Source: Reclinomonas americana ATCC 50394 (lineage: Eukaryota). From it: DNA of 64,000 nucleotides. Positions 28,908 through 40,693 of the stretch are shown here, one piece after another; position 1 is the first letter of the stretch, and each line of letters starts with the position of its first letter. Made by a program: the position numbers and the translations under genes. Location of the stretch: positions 1-64,000 of the forward strand of contig PS015016.1 of assembly GCA_048213135.1 (NCBI GenBank). The letters are read 5' to 3'. Under the pieces are notes generated by a model. The model saw only the letters and a program-made list of their open reading frames with translations, did no database searches and was not told the DNA's origin.

Positions 28908-31900
28908 ATGGCCAGCGGCCATGATGTCGAGATGCATGACCTCGCGTCGCGATCGTGCCTCGTGTCTCCGCCAGCGCCCACTCGGCATTGGCGCCGGCAG
29001 TCTCCTGTCACCCCCACTGGGGCACAAGCCGCCGCAGCTGCAGCGCACGTTGCACGAGCAAGTGTGCATGCATCAAACGGCAGTGGCAGCGGTGTCGCGC
29101 AGCTGCAGGTGAGAACGTGCCTGACTGCCTCTCGACACTCGAGTTGTCTCTCTCACTGTTCCTTGACCACAGTTTGGCGCACACCCCTCCGCCTCAACCG
29201 CACGCGTTCTGGCGTCGTCGTCAGACCCCCAGTTCACCATGCCGGTGCCCAGTGATGCCATGTTGTGGTCCCCGATGTTGCCGACGCCTCCTCAATCAAT
29301 TCCGGTCAGTTTCCCGCTCGGAAGTCCGCCACAGCTGCCCCCTTCGCTCTACGGTCACCAGTGGACCCCTCCCGCGGTTGGCATGTCATCCGTGGTGCAG
29401 ACGTACGGTGGCGCTGCACCAAGCACCGTCACCATCAACTTCAGTGGCACGCCGGAAGGACAAGCCACGTACGACGTCGCCTCCCTCTCTCGCTTGCCTC
29501 ATGGTTTGGGCGCGGATGCCAGTGGCAGCTTGTTCCTGACGCCGACGTCACCGTTGTCGCCGCCGCCGCCGCCGCCGCCCGCTGCTGCTGCCGCGTCGCG
29601 CACATTCGTAAAACTGGTGCGCAACCCTGGACTGCTGGCCAAACTCGTGTGCTCCTTGGTCAAGGCCCCGTCGTCTGCGGAAGGAGTCGCCTGTGATGTG
29701 CGTGCGTGCGTGCGTGCATGTGTGTGAGAGAGAGAGAGAGAACGGTTGTGAGCTCATTGTCGTGCATTCTCCCTCCTCAGCCCGAGTTCACGCCGTTTGC
29801 GGCGAGAGTGCAGTCGTCGCTGTGCACGGACTTGTCAGCGACAGTGGTGGACATGCTGTGCGCGCATCAGCGTGACGGTGCACCTGCGCGGCAAGGTCGA
29901 GCCCGCGGAATGCCGACATCGCTCGCCGAGGCACTTGTCGAGAGGCTTGTCGGCACAGTGCAACAGATCCCCAGTTCCAGTGACGACGACGACGACGACG
30001 ACGGCCTACAGTTGCTAGCCGAGCGCCGATCGCTCACCGCTGTCCTCTTCATCAACCACTACCACATGAACTCGCGCCTGCGGTCGAGCGACGCCACCCC
30101 CCTCAATGCTCACGAGAAGGCGATCTGGACGCTTATCTGCTGGCGACTGGCAGATGCGCTGCAGGCTTCCAGGCGCAACAAGCGACGCGCACCAGCAAAT
30201 GAGCGTGATTATGCGGCCGAGATCGACGCCGATCATTCGCTGGTGTCCCAGATCGACGGCACAGGTCAGCTAGACAACATCATCACCAGCGCAATCACCA
30301 CCGTCCTCTCTGTCGACAAGAGTGATGGTGTGAGAAATGCTCTCGGTCGCGCCCTTCGGATCAACGCAGCCAGGTCGACCTCCAGTCAGTCAGGCGGCGC
30401 CATGCGATTCAGTCGTTCTGGCATTTTGTCACTGCTGGATGGCCTCAGCGAACCCGCCGTGGTGGTGCTCGATGCACTGTACAGTGTCATCGACGCAGCG
30501 CGTCTGGCCGACCGCGATGCCGTGGCCGTTGTTCCTCCGCCACCTTCAATGCCGCAGCCGTTCGCGTGGTCTCTGCAACGGTTGGAGGTCAGCACTACTG
30601 CGCGGTTGTTTCGCACTGAGCTTGCCGCGCAAGCGTTTGCGGCAGTGGTTGCCGATCCTCCTCCCGCTCCAGCCGGCCCGGTGCAACTTTCCAGTGAACA
30701 ATTGTTCATGTTGGGTCGGAACCATCACCGTCGCGAGTTCAATAGGCGCAACGCGGAGCATCTGCGCTCCACCACTCCTCGCAAGCTCGACCTCGACGCC
30801 CAGGATCCGGATGCGGCCGGGCAGGTGCAAGTGCGTGGCGATCTTCCGCTCCGACCTTTACACCAGGCACGGTTGCAGTTGCCTGCAGCAGACGCCGATG
30901 CCGGGTCGCGCGTCAATGGCGGGGAATACGACCTGAAGTTCAAGAGCGTTGAGCGTCCGCGGGCGGGTGCACCAAAGGCCGGATCTGGCCAGTGCGTGTG
31001 CCTCAAGTACTCCAGCGGCGCTGAAAAGGGCATTTACTGCGCCTCTTTGTGCGACTCCAAGGAGCAACCTGCGAAGATGCTGTCCACCGCGACTGCTTTC
31101 GACCGCAACAGGGGATGTTGTGTGGAGGTTGGCGCGCACGTGGGCAAGACTTGCCGCTCCTGCCGTGACAAGCATGACGAGCCGCATGGTAAGCTGGCAG
31201 CAGGTGCCGCTGTCGCCGTGACCAGTCGGAAGAAGGCGAATCGCGCACCTGGACGACCACGAGGTAATAAGCAGAGTCGAGTGCGGCCTGACCTGAAACC
31301 GAATCGGCGTCTGCGCAAGTCGCAGGTGAGTTGCTGTGACGACGTATTCTCCAAGTCGATGCAATCGCCCATACTGTGAACAACTTCTTTGTCTTAGAAA
31401 CTGAGCGACCAGTCTGCCGCACTGCCAGCTGTTGCAAGTGACGCTGTTCCGGAGGGGTTTGTGGTGGCCGATGAGGAGGAGGTGATTCCCCCCACACTGT
31501 GCCCATGTCGCACACCTGTGCTTGTATATCCTGATCAAACTGTCGTATATACGCAGCTGGCCATGGTCCAGCAGCCAGATCCCATGCGTCCATTGTACGA
31601 TCACCTCCACATCCTCGCTGACGGCGATGGGGGGGACGAGAGTGAGCGCGCCCAAGGTCAGCGGCCGGAAGAGATGCCTGCCGATGTCAGCGCCGTGTTG
31701 GACCAAGTGGCTGATAACGTCCGCAATGGTGACATGGACCGAATGCTGGACGACCCGATGAAGTTGCACTCGCTGGAGATGGAGGTACTTTTCAACGATT
31801 CTGACTCTCCGCTCACTGCTGCTTCCTCGCTCAACGAACTCGCTCGTGCTCTGCAGGGGGTCTCTCGCCCGTTGCACGCTGCTCGAGCGCTGCATAATGG

Positions 31901-34900
31901 CACTGAAGGGAACACATTTGAGGATCAGTGTGCTGGGTGTGGCGGAGGCGTGTTGCTTTGTGGAGCGCGGTCGTGCAATAGTGGCCTGGTGCTGAAGTGC
32001 TCGACTGATCGATTGTCGACCCCGTGCCTGTTCCGATGTGCGTGCCACCTCATCCGTCCCGACTCCGATGGCGTGCCAAAACTTCGACTGCCATCGCTCG
32101 GCAATGCCGATTGGTTTACCGTCGAACGTGTGTCGGACGAGACGCAGCGAAATGTGTTGCGTCCTGCCACTCAGTGTGCTTATGCCTCGCCCTCTTTCAC
32201 GTTCCGTGCACTGTGTGGCTCTCTCTCCCCCCTCAATTTCTCTCTCCCTTCGCCTCCCTCCTATTCCCACCCTTCCTGACACGAGTGTGCCTTTTTCCCA
32301 TTTCACAGACTCCCGTTTCTCTGCGAGTCGTGCATCCGATCGAGCGTCGAGCAGCAGGTCTTCGTCGGAGAAGCATTTGGCACAATTGCTTCGGTGGGTT
32401 CAGTGCGGTTCCACGCGGTGGTGAATCACGTCAATCGAGTCGCCCGCCTCTGTTCGTCGCACCACTGGGGCAAGCGTGTCTCGGACGCCGAACATGATGC
32501 AACAGCCGACCCGGAGCCCGGGACGTATTCGTGGAGTCTTGCGGTGAACGGCAAGACAAGTGCGTCTCCCTTCGACTCCAGTGGACGGTCGGTCGTGTCG
32601 GTCACTGCGTACGACGGCGTCACGTTCATCTTTTCTCGGGCAGACGTTACGGATCCGCCGTCGTCGGCACCGTCGCCTTCGGGGTCGGCCTCGGCTGATG
32701 ATGCGAGTGCGCTTGAAGGCGAAAGCATCCGTGATGCGCGACACACTATGGTGAGAGACAGCGAGGCACCCATGGTCACTTGCTTCCCTTTTCGCTCACT
32801 TCCCTCTTTGCGTCCATCATAGGTTGTCCTTGCCAGTAACAATTCCATTGCTGTCTTCGTCGGTGGTAAGCGGCTCAGCCTCGGATCCCTCATCCTCGAT
32901 GACTTCTGGCCTCAGATCTCCGAGTCCGGCCCAGCTGTGCACCAAGGGACTCATTCCTGGTATCCGGCGACGGAGCACCTAAAGTCGTCAGGTTCGTCGC
33001 ATTAATCTGCTTAAGCTTGTGTCACAGGGCCAGCTCTGCGTCTTCTCATGAGTATAGTCTCTCATCTGCACCAGGTGTCGATGATGCTGACGTACTTGCT
33101 GCGGTGTCGTGGGCGATGGCTGTGAAAGCCGGTAACCTTGATGATCGGATCCACAATCTGTCGACACTGCGCGGAGTGTTGGCCATTCTGACTGTCTGTC
33201 GGCCCTGCAGCGGCATCGACAACGAGGTGTCCTCTCGCACAGAGGAAATCTTGTCTCACCACACCGACAAGGTGACATTCGACTACCCGTTTCCGGCCTC
33301 CATCTTTCGCAGTTTTGTGAAACCCAGTTCCGCACCGCCGCTGTCACCGTCGTCGACCGTGTATCGCTCTCGTGGCTGTGCCAGCTTGGCGTTCGTGGTT
33401 GGTGGCGGTTCGTACTTTCCTCCCGGGATCCCGGCCCTTTGATCGCGCCCAGTGTCGGGCAGTGATTGTGACTCATTGGCTTGGGATTGCACAGGTTCGA
33501 ACAAGCCTGCGCGAAATATGTGCGCCGCTTGCAGGCGCGCATTGGGCGCATGTGACACAGAAGCATCACGAGCTCGAGGAGCAGCGCGGTCTGAAGCTGG
33601 CCGGGCGACGGTTGACGAAGCCGTCAAGTTATTGACCCGCCCTCAGCGTGCGTTTTCGTTGCTTTTAGTGCGCGTGTTGGCTTGCCGCGTGCAGGCGCCG
33701 TTGCTGACTGCCTCTTTGAACGTCAGCGGGCGTATCACAGCAGATGCAGATGGCTTTCGCACGTGCGGCGGTGGACTTACGCAACACTCGTACCTCGGAT
33801 ATTCACGGCACCAATAACGGACGACGCTTTGCTGACTCTTGTTACAAAGTGGCGATGGCAATGCGCATGACGAGTTGCGTTCCACTGGATGACTTCCGTT
33901 GCATTTACCTTCCATTGACCGACACCACTCCGTGCGCTACATGCAGTGACGAAGAAAGCGTACACGGCCCTCCGCTCAGTGGTCACTTGGATTCCGTCAG
34001 TCTCCTCGCTTCACCGGAGGCTGGCGGGTACGGAGTATCGCACGGAGGCAACCGGCCTCGTCCACAAGACAGTGCATGAATTTATGCAAGCCGTCAAGAG
34101 CGGGGAGGTTTCGCGGGTCGTTGCGATGACCTACGATGAGATGAGCCTCCAGCCAGGTGAGTGATATCAGGCGATGCGTATTTTTTGTTGCATTTCTCTG
34201 GCGTTCCAACACATGTTGCACATGATAGGCGTGCAAATCTCACTGCATGATGGCCGACTTCTCGGGTTCAAGACGGTTGCGCCACTCCACGAGCACCAAG
34301 AATCGGGTGCGGTGTAGTTAGTTGTTCTCCGTCCAATGCGTGCCATTGTCCTGTCCCCTCACACAAAACTCTTGTTGCTATGCAGAGGCCATCAAACGGC
34401 GCACATTGCTCACCGACGCTAACGAGCCCAGGGCGCATGCCAATGGTCCCACGCCTCCTCCCTCTGTGGTGTTGTCTGTGGACCAGGCCGCCGCATTGGA
34501 TGGCAGCGGCGAACAGGTGGCCGACGGTGACGACCGCGTGTCGTCGGCCGCTGAGTCGGTTGACATCAGCATGACATCGAAGCGTGGAGAGGTTGCCGTG
34601 GACAACGTGGCAAGCCATCTGTTTCGAGTCTACATCACGACTATCGATGGTCGATTCAGTGGTGCTGTGTATCATGCATTCACCAACGGCAAGTCTGACG
34701 CCGCCGAGATTGAGGCGATTGTGAGTAGAGCGAGAGACTTGCTTCGTGCGACGGTGCCATCAATTGTGGTGAGTGCATGTACTGCGTGTGTTTGTTGTGA
34801 CGTTTGTTGCTCCTGACATGCACCTCGTGCGTTCAGTTTGCCATGGAGATCAGTGATGCTGCCTCTGTGAACGCCAAGATTCGCCGGGGACTTGAGTGCG

Positions 34901-37900
34901 CCTGTTACCTGGAGACTGTTGACTGCATTCGATGCCGTTTCCACTTTGCTGTCGGAGAGCAGAGCGAGAGTCGGACGGCTGAAGTGGAAAAACTTTTGCA
35001 GCACCACTTTCACCACGACCACAAACTGAACGAAGCGGAGGTACGTGCACGCAGGTGGGTGGAAGTATCTTGTGCAGCTCACTTGCGTCGTCGTCACACA
35101 CAGGTCGAACAGCACCTTGCGGAATTCAGGGAAAAGGAAGCGATTCGACTGGCTGTTGGCAAACCGGATTCGTCGCTCGTTGATCACGCCCTGTTGGTGC
35201 ACGGTGTCAACAAGACCGCGTTACCGATGTTCAAGGCCATCCGTGCAGAGACCGACGTCGTCCACTTGATGAAGCGCATATTCAAGGTGCCTCACCCGAG
35301 TTCCATTGCCCCAGCTGCAGTCCGTTGCCGCTACTCTGCTGAACTCTCTCGTGAACAGGCGTTCATTCGTCATGGTGACTGCATGATGACGTATGGCCGG
35401 AGTCAGTTTGCGCCGCTCGTCAACGTTGACGTAAATTCGGTGGAGGAGAAGATGGTTTGTTCCATTGCTTGTCCAGTGCACGCCAGTGTTGGACTCGTGT
35501 CTAACGGGCGCTGCACGCAGGCCGTGGAGAGCATGATCGAGCCGCTTCGTCGCTTGGAAATTCTCTTGTCGCACAAGATGAACATTGCCCGCAAGCGTTC
35601 ATTGCGGGAATTGACACGCGACACGCTGCCATTCTGCGAGGTTTACGCTGTCCTTTGCGAATGGATTGCGCTGGTGCGAGGTCCAGCCGCAGGTGGGCAG
35701 GTGGCCGACGACGCTGACAGCGAAGGTGAGTTTTCAGTCCCGGAAAAAGTGGACCACATACTCACTCTCGTCTGCGCAGTTGCTGGATTGTCTTGGCAGC
35801 ACCGGTGCAAGTCTCGCATCGCAACTTTGATTGATGAACACGACTGCGTTATAAGAACAGAGCATCTGGCGGCACAGGGTGCGGCGCTGATGAAGACGTC
35901 TCTCGCCACGGACTATTTCTCCTTCAACACCGCTATTTATCTCATCAAGCAATCTGTAGCCAGCACTCCGCGTCAAGATGGCTGGTTCGAACACGTGGTG
36001 AGTGCCATCTCCCTCCTCTCCCTCCCTCCTCTCTCTCTCTCTCACACACACTCACTCCTGGCTGATCTCGTACCGGGGAAACTCAGCTTGACATCGTCAT
36101 GTTTGCCGTCTGGTACCGCTGCGTGACATTCTTCGCCGAGTTCGACATTCGCACCGAAGAGTCAAACGAGGCACTGCAGAGCCTGGCCTGCATCTTGGAA
36201 CTCGTCGTGAATCGGACGCGGATGATTGACGAGCACCGTGAGAAGTGCGCTTAGATTTGCATCGTGCAACCGACTCGTGTGCCCCGATTTGACTCGTCGT
36301 GCAGATACAAGGAGTTCCACCCAGACTCGGATCCTGTGTCGTTGGACAGCGGAGTCCTTTTCATCGGTCGTGACTTGACGGTGTGTGCGGCGTCGACGAT
36401 AAGTTTTCTCGTCGACCTTCGAAACCTTGCCGTCAATGAAGACCCGCTGGATGCGTCGTGCTCCGAGTCGCAACGCATGCGCGACTGCATGTTCATGGTT
36501 CGTTGGTGGTCGTCGGTGCTCCGCGCAAAATTCCACGTCTCACCGCCTTTCATGCAGGTGAACATTAATGCCATCTCGCAACAGTCCTTGGAGTCTTCGT
36601 TCAGTGGCACGCGTGCTGCTGTTGCCGGTGGCGCCCCAGGACCACGTGAGGCCGCGGCCATTGCGACTGGCCAGGCGCAGCGTGACGCCGCGCGCAACAT
36701 TGGTCTCCGGCCTCGTGATAATCGCCCAGAAGCCGCTGTGTACCGAGCCCAGCACACAGCAGATCAGCTGCGGGTGTTCACACACGGCGCACAGGTCGCC
36801 ATTGCTGAGCGCGAGCGTGCTCAGGGTGCCGACCTCCTGCAGCAGGCTGCCGGTCGGGAGGAGCCACGTATTGAGGATTTCCTCAGTCCTCCTGCTCCCG
36901 TGTGCCGGGCACGTGGTCCCGAGATAAGACCCACCGACAACGAGGCGTACGCTCGCGTGTGGGACATTCGTGAATGTGCGTGTCGCTTGTGCTGTTGCCG
37001 TCACGCTCGCTGAGATCGACTTCACCGTACTCACTTTGTAAATTTTTTGCTCTCCGCAGCGTACGTTCCACCAGACCCTGTGAATGTCGACCGCCTGCAG
37101 AGGTGGGCTTCGAACAGCAGCAAGCTCATCCCCTACCTGTATGACGACATCGTGTCGGAGGTGACCTTGGGCGTGTACGAGTCGTCGATCGTCGACCGCA
37201 TGAGTCGCCAGGTCAATCATGGTGGCTTGATGGTTCACCAGGATGTCGTTGCCGCGACTTATGATAGAATCGGCCACAACAGACAACTGCTTCCGCTCCT
37301 GCACCACCTGCGCTCTATGCGAGACCCCAAGAGCCCGCTGATTGGCATCGCTCTTGCGGTGAACGAGCTGCTACATCACAATGCGATACCGTACTGCTTT
37401 GTGGAGACGACCTTCTCCGATTTGCTCTCGCTGTTTTCGGATACCAGTGACGAATCGCATGCACAACTCTGGCTGCTGTGGCGACGGATGATTGTTGATG
37501 TGTATCCGGTTGCAATGGAGGTCGACCGTGGCGCTGCAGCAGCGGTATCGGTGCGTCTCCGCTTGATCCCCTGTCTGACTGCAGCTCGACAACCTGCAAT
37601 GTTGGCCACTCACTTACCCGTGTTGCAGGCCGAAGAGATTCTCAGCCAGTGGAAGATGGTGTTTCGTGAGTTTGTTCACAACCTCCTCTTTCGACTCTTG
37701 ACCAACCTCATTGCCGAGTGCGGGCTGTCGCCGAGGAGCAAGAAGCAGGCGCCTGTCCGTGCACTGTGGGCTCGAAAAATTTCCCGAGCTGCCCAGCCAG
37801 GTGAGACGAGTGTGCACTCAGTGGTGCGGCATTTTCTTTGTATGATTCTCATTCTGTCTTCTGGAATAGACGTCGCGATGGGCGATGACGGCGTGCCTGC

Positions 37901-40008
37901 GGAAGTGGTGAAGGCGCCAGTGACTGCCGCCGAGCGTCTCCAACACGTGGGCGCAGCAATCACATGTTTTAACTGTGATCGCAAGGGACACGACGCATAC
38001 GTCTGTGGTGCGCTCATCCGAGCAAAGAAATGCCATCGGTGTGGAGAACCTGGCCACTTCCAGGTAAACTGCCCGTTGATGTTCCGCGCAACGCGGCTGA
38101 ACATTGTGCGAGACCGGGAGGACGCTGGCTTGGCTGCGGATGGGGGGCCGCACAACGCCGATGCCGTCTTGGCAATGCGACCGGTGTGTGGCATCCACGT
38201 TTGCTGTGATGTTTTCTCCGTAACCCTCGTGAACCTCTCACTGTGGCTCGTTGCTCCGTAGTGCCCGTTCTTGAATGTGGACATGGAGAATCCGAAAAAG
38301 GGAAATCCCAAGCCATGCAAAAGTGAATACCGGATCGGATCGCGGGCGGTGTCCTCGTTGTCGAAACACATTGTCAACTGTCACATGGGTCACGCTGTGC
38401 GTTCGGGTCTTGTTGATGCCGCCGTGGCAGCGAAGTCATTTGAAGGTATGAATAGTTGCCTGTGCCTGCGACGGGTGCATGCATCACGCGACTCATTGAC
38501 AATCGATGGACAACAGAGCGCATAAATGCGGTGAGGGCAGCCCTTAAGCTTGTTGCCAAATACGAAGACCTGGTCGACATGGCGATACACATTCGGCCAA
38601 GTGTGGAGTACGAACCCAACCCTCTCGCTCTCTCGGCTCCATCTCGCGACAAGTGGGAACCCGAGTTTCTCAGAGCGTCGCTCCTCCCGGGTTCCTCGTG
38701 CCATCCCTCGCTGGCTGCTGATGAGGAACACGCTCGCACCGGTGCTCTTGTACAGGGGTCTGCAGAGTGGCACCAAGAGCGCATCGGCCGTGCCGATGTT
38801 CATCGGTTCACTGCCAGCCAAGTCGGTGCCATGGTGGGCATCATGGACGCGACGTGCTGCATTGTGAGTGGCGCGTTCCCGCGCCTCTACTTTTCGGTCT
38901 CCGTTGCAACAGCCGTGGCTGAGCACGTGGCACGTCTCCTCGCGATCGAGTACGGTGTGGAAATCGGTCGGCTGTTGCGTCTTTGTGTGCGTGTGGGAAA
39001 GGAACCAGAGTGGCGATTATTCCTCACATGTGTGCCGCCCTCTGTGCGCAGGGAGCCGAATGCGGCGATGCTGTGGGGTACCCATCACGAGGACTGCGCA
39101 CTTCTCACGTTCTGTCTGAATCACCCCCACGAGGTGGTGCTGAAGACGGGAGGGTATTTGCGAATCGCGCACTGCCCAGTGCAGGATGCACTCGGCGGGC
39201 AAGTTACTGTACCCGTTGAGGTGTTCGCCTCACCAGATGGTAGGTCATCTGGTTGCTTGTTCTTCGCATCATCACATCGCTATGTTGCTCATTGATTGGT
39301 GTCACGCCGCAGCAATGAGCGCCACTGAGAGTGCCGATGGGTATCACTACTTGCTGGAGGTCAAGTGTCCGTCACCATTCTCCGCCACCTCCTTCGCTCT
39401 GTCGAAACCGCCACGTCGCTTCGTTTCCGCCCAATACATGGTTCAAGTTCAGCTCCAGCTCTATGCGACAAACTTTCGCTTGTGAGTGTCGACGCGCGTC
39501 TGAGCCCGCGCGCGGTATCCACGATGCGGTACCGATTCAGCCAACTCATCAACCGTGTGCACAATGTAGGGCAAAGTTGCTGTCGTGGACGCCGAGTGGC
39601 ATGTTCGTCTTCGAGATCCCTCGCGATGACACACTCCTCGGGCTGCTGTTCCCGCTGCTGGGCCACATGGCTGGTGTCGTTCAGCGAGTATTCGAGTACA
39701 GTCGCGGTCGCGGCCACGGCTCACGCAGCACCGACGTCAAGTTCCCGGCCGAATGGGGCGACGATCCACATACCTGGCGACCTCTGCAGGCCACTACCGA
39801 GATCATGGAGAAGTTTGAGCGCTTTGTGTGCCGCCTCTCGCGTGCTTGTCGGAAGGCCGAGGAAACCTGCCGAGCCTACAAGGACGTGTACACTGGGCCG
39901 CTGGGCAGACTGTGGGTGCGTAACGCGGTTCCTATGGTGCCGCCGGTGCCTGCGGCGGACGTGGAGATGGCCGCGGCCGAGGCGGTCGGTCCCAACGGCG
40001 CGCAATGA
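28908..40008 (+). CDS. Transposon polyprotein: Cys-rich N-terminal region + P-element/THAP9-like DDE transposase + 2x CCHC knuckle + C2H2/BED-like finger + YqaJ (lambda-exonuclease) domain; ~20+ introns, ~3,100 aa
   Basis: KKAYTALRSVVTWIPSVSSLHRRL; YDEMSLQPG (D, 34135); ISDAASVN (D, 34855); TDVVHLMK (DxxH, 35254); SQQSLESSFSGTR (E, 36591); NHGGL; CFNCDRKGHDAYVC and CHRCGEPGHFQVNC; QGSAEW..R..TAS, WGTHHE, ASPD, LEVKCP and YMVQVQLQL. Phase-compatible GT-AG introns link all exons. Confidence 0.8.
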
Positions 40009-40618
40009 TCTTCCGATAATGTAATGCAAGAGCCTTCCTTTCCTCCACCAGCGAATGCTTTGCTGCTCCGTTTTCACGTGCAATGGTGGGAGAGAGAGTT
40101 TGGGTATGGTTCGCTCTTACTGGAATGGTCGCGAAGCTGCGAGGAGTCATGTCACGGTGGGTCGGCGACGATGCATGAAATGTGACGAATTCATGAGCAA
40201 AAAAATTGACGGATTTCTCGGTCGCTCTTGGTGTCACGCGCACAGCGCGACACCCACCGACTCACTCGCCGATGTCCTGAATTTACACACTACCTGAAGC
40301 GCTGCTCTACACGCTCATATGACGCACGTCGCCACAGACGAGGGCAGATGTGTCGGCACGACGCACACTTTGAGCGCTTCGATTTTTTCGCGCCGAAACT
40401 TGCAGGCTCTTGTCGTTTTTCTCGCGCCACGAGTAAGCACGGCAGTCGTGCCGAGGCTCAGCAGGTGCGCCCGTGAGTCGCGCGTCGAATGGCCTTAGTC
40501 AGGGCGCAAGGAGGTGCGTGGGTGACGAGAACGGGCAATTTCTGCGCGAGGGGGTGTCGATCTTTGACTCAGCCGATATTCGCGCCTCACTTCTGTCGGC
40601 TTACTGACAAATCGACGA

Positions 40619-40637
40619 AGTTGACCCACCTGCCTTT
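40619..40637 (-). repeat. Right terminal inverted repeat AGTTGACCCACCTGCCTTT
   Basis: Exact reverse complement of 28389-28407. Confidence 0.95.
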
Positions 40638-40693
40638 ATTTTTGTCACTCTTCTCTTTTTTTGTTTACACGTACGCGCGCGCAAGAAGTACAC

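Larger units (their letters stand above)
28388..40638 (+). mobile_element. Intact ~12.25-kb cut-and-paste DNA transposon, P-element superfamily-like
   Basis: Perfect 19-bp TIRs (28389-28407 and 40619-40637), direct repeat TATTTTTGTCA at 28379-28389 and 40637-40647 (TSD of 7, 9 or 11 bp depending on where the ends are placed), and an internal P-type DDE transposase. Confidence 0.9.

Noticed and set aside
30858-32306. Long antisense ORFs such as 30858-32306 (-), and the part of 49434-51365 (+) opposite the GT8 gene
   Set aside because: Shadow ORFs of GC-rich coding sequence on the other strand, with no recognisable motifs.
37965-38072. CCHC knuckles as evidence of an LTR/LINE retrotransposon gag
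   Set aside because: No RT, protease, integrase or LTRs nearby; the knuckles lie inside the TIR-bounded DDE transposase gene.
38700-40008. YqaJ as evidence of an endogenous giant virus or prophage
   Set aside because: No capsid, polymerase or packaging genes; the domain has host-like introns and is enclosed by transposon TIRs.
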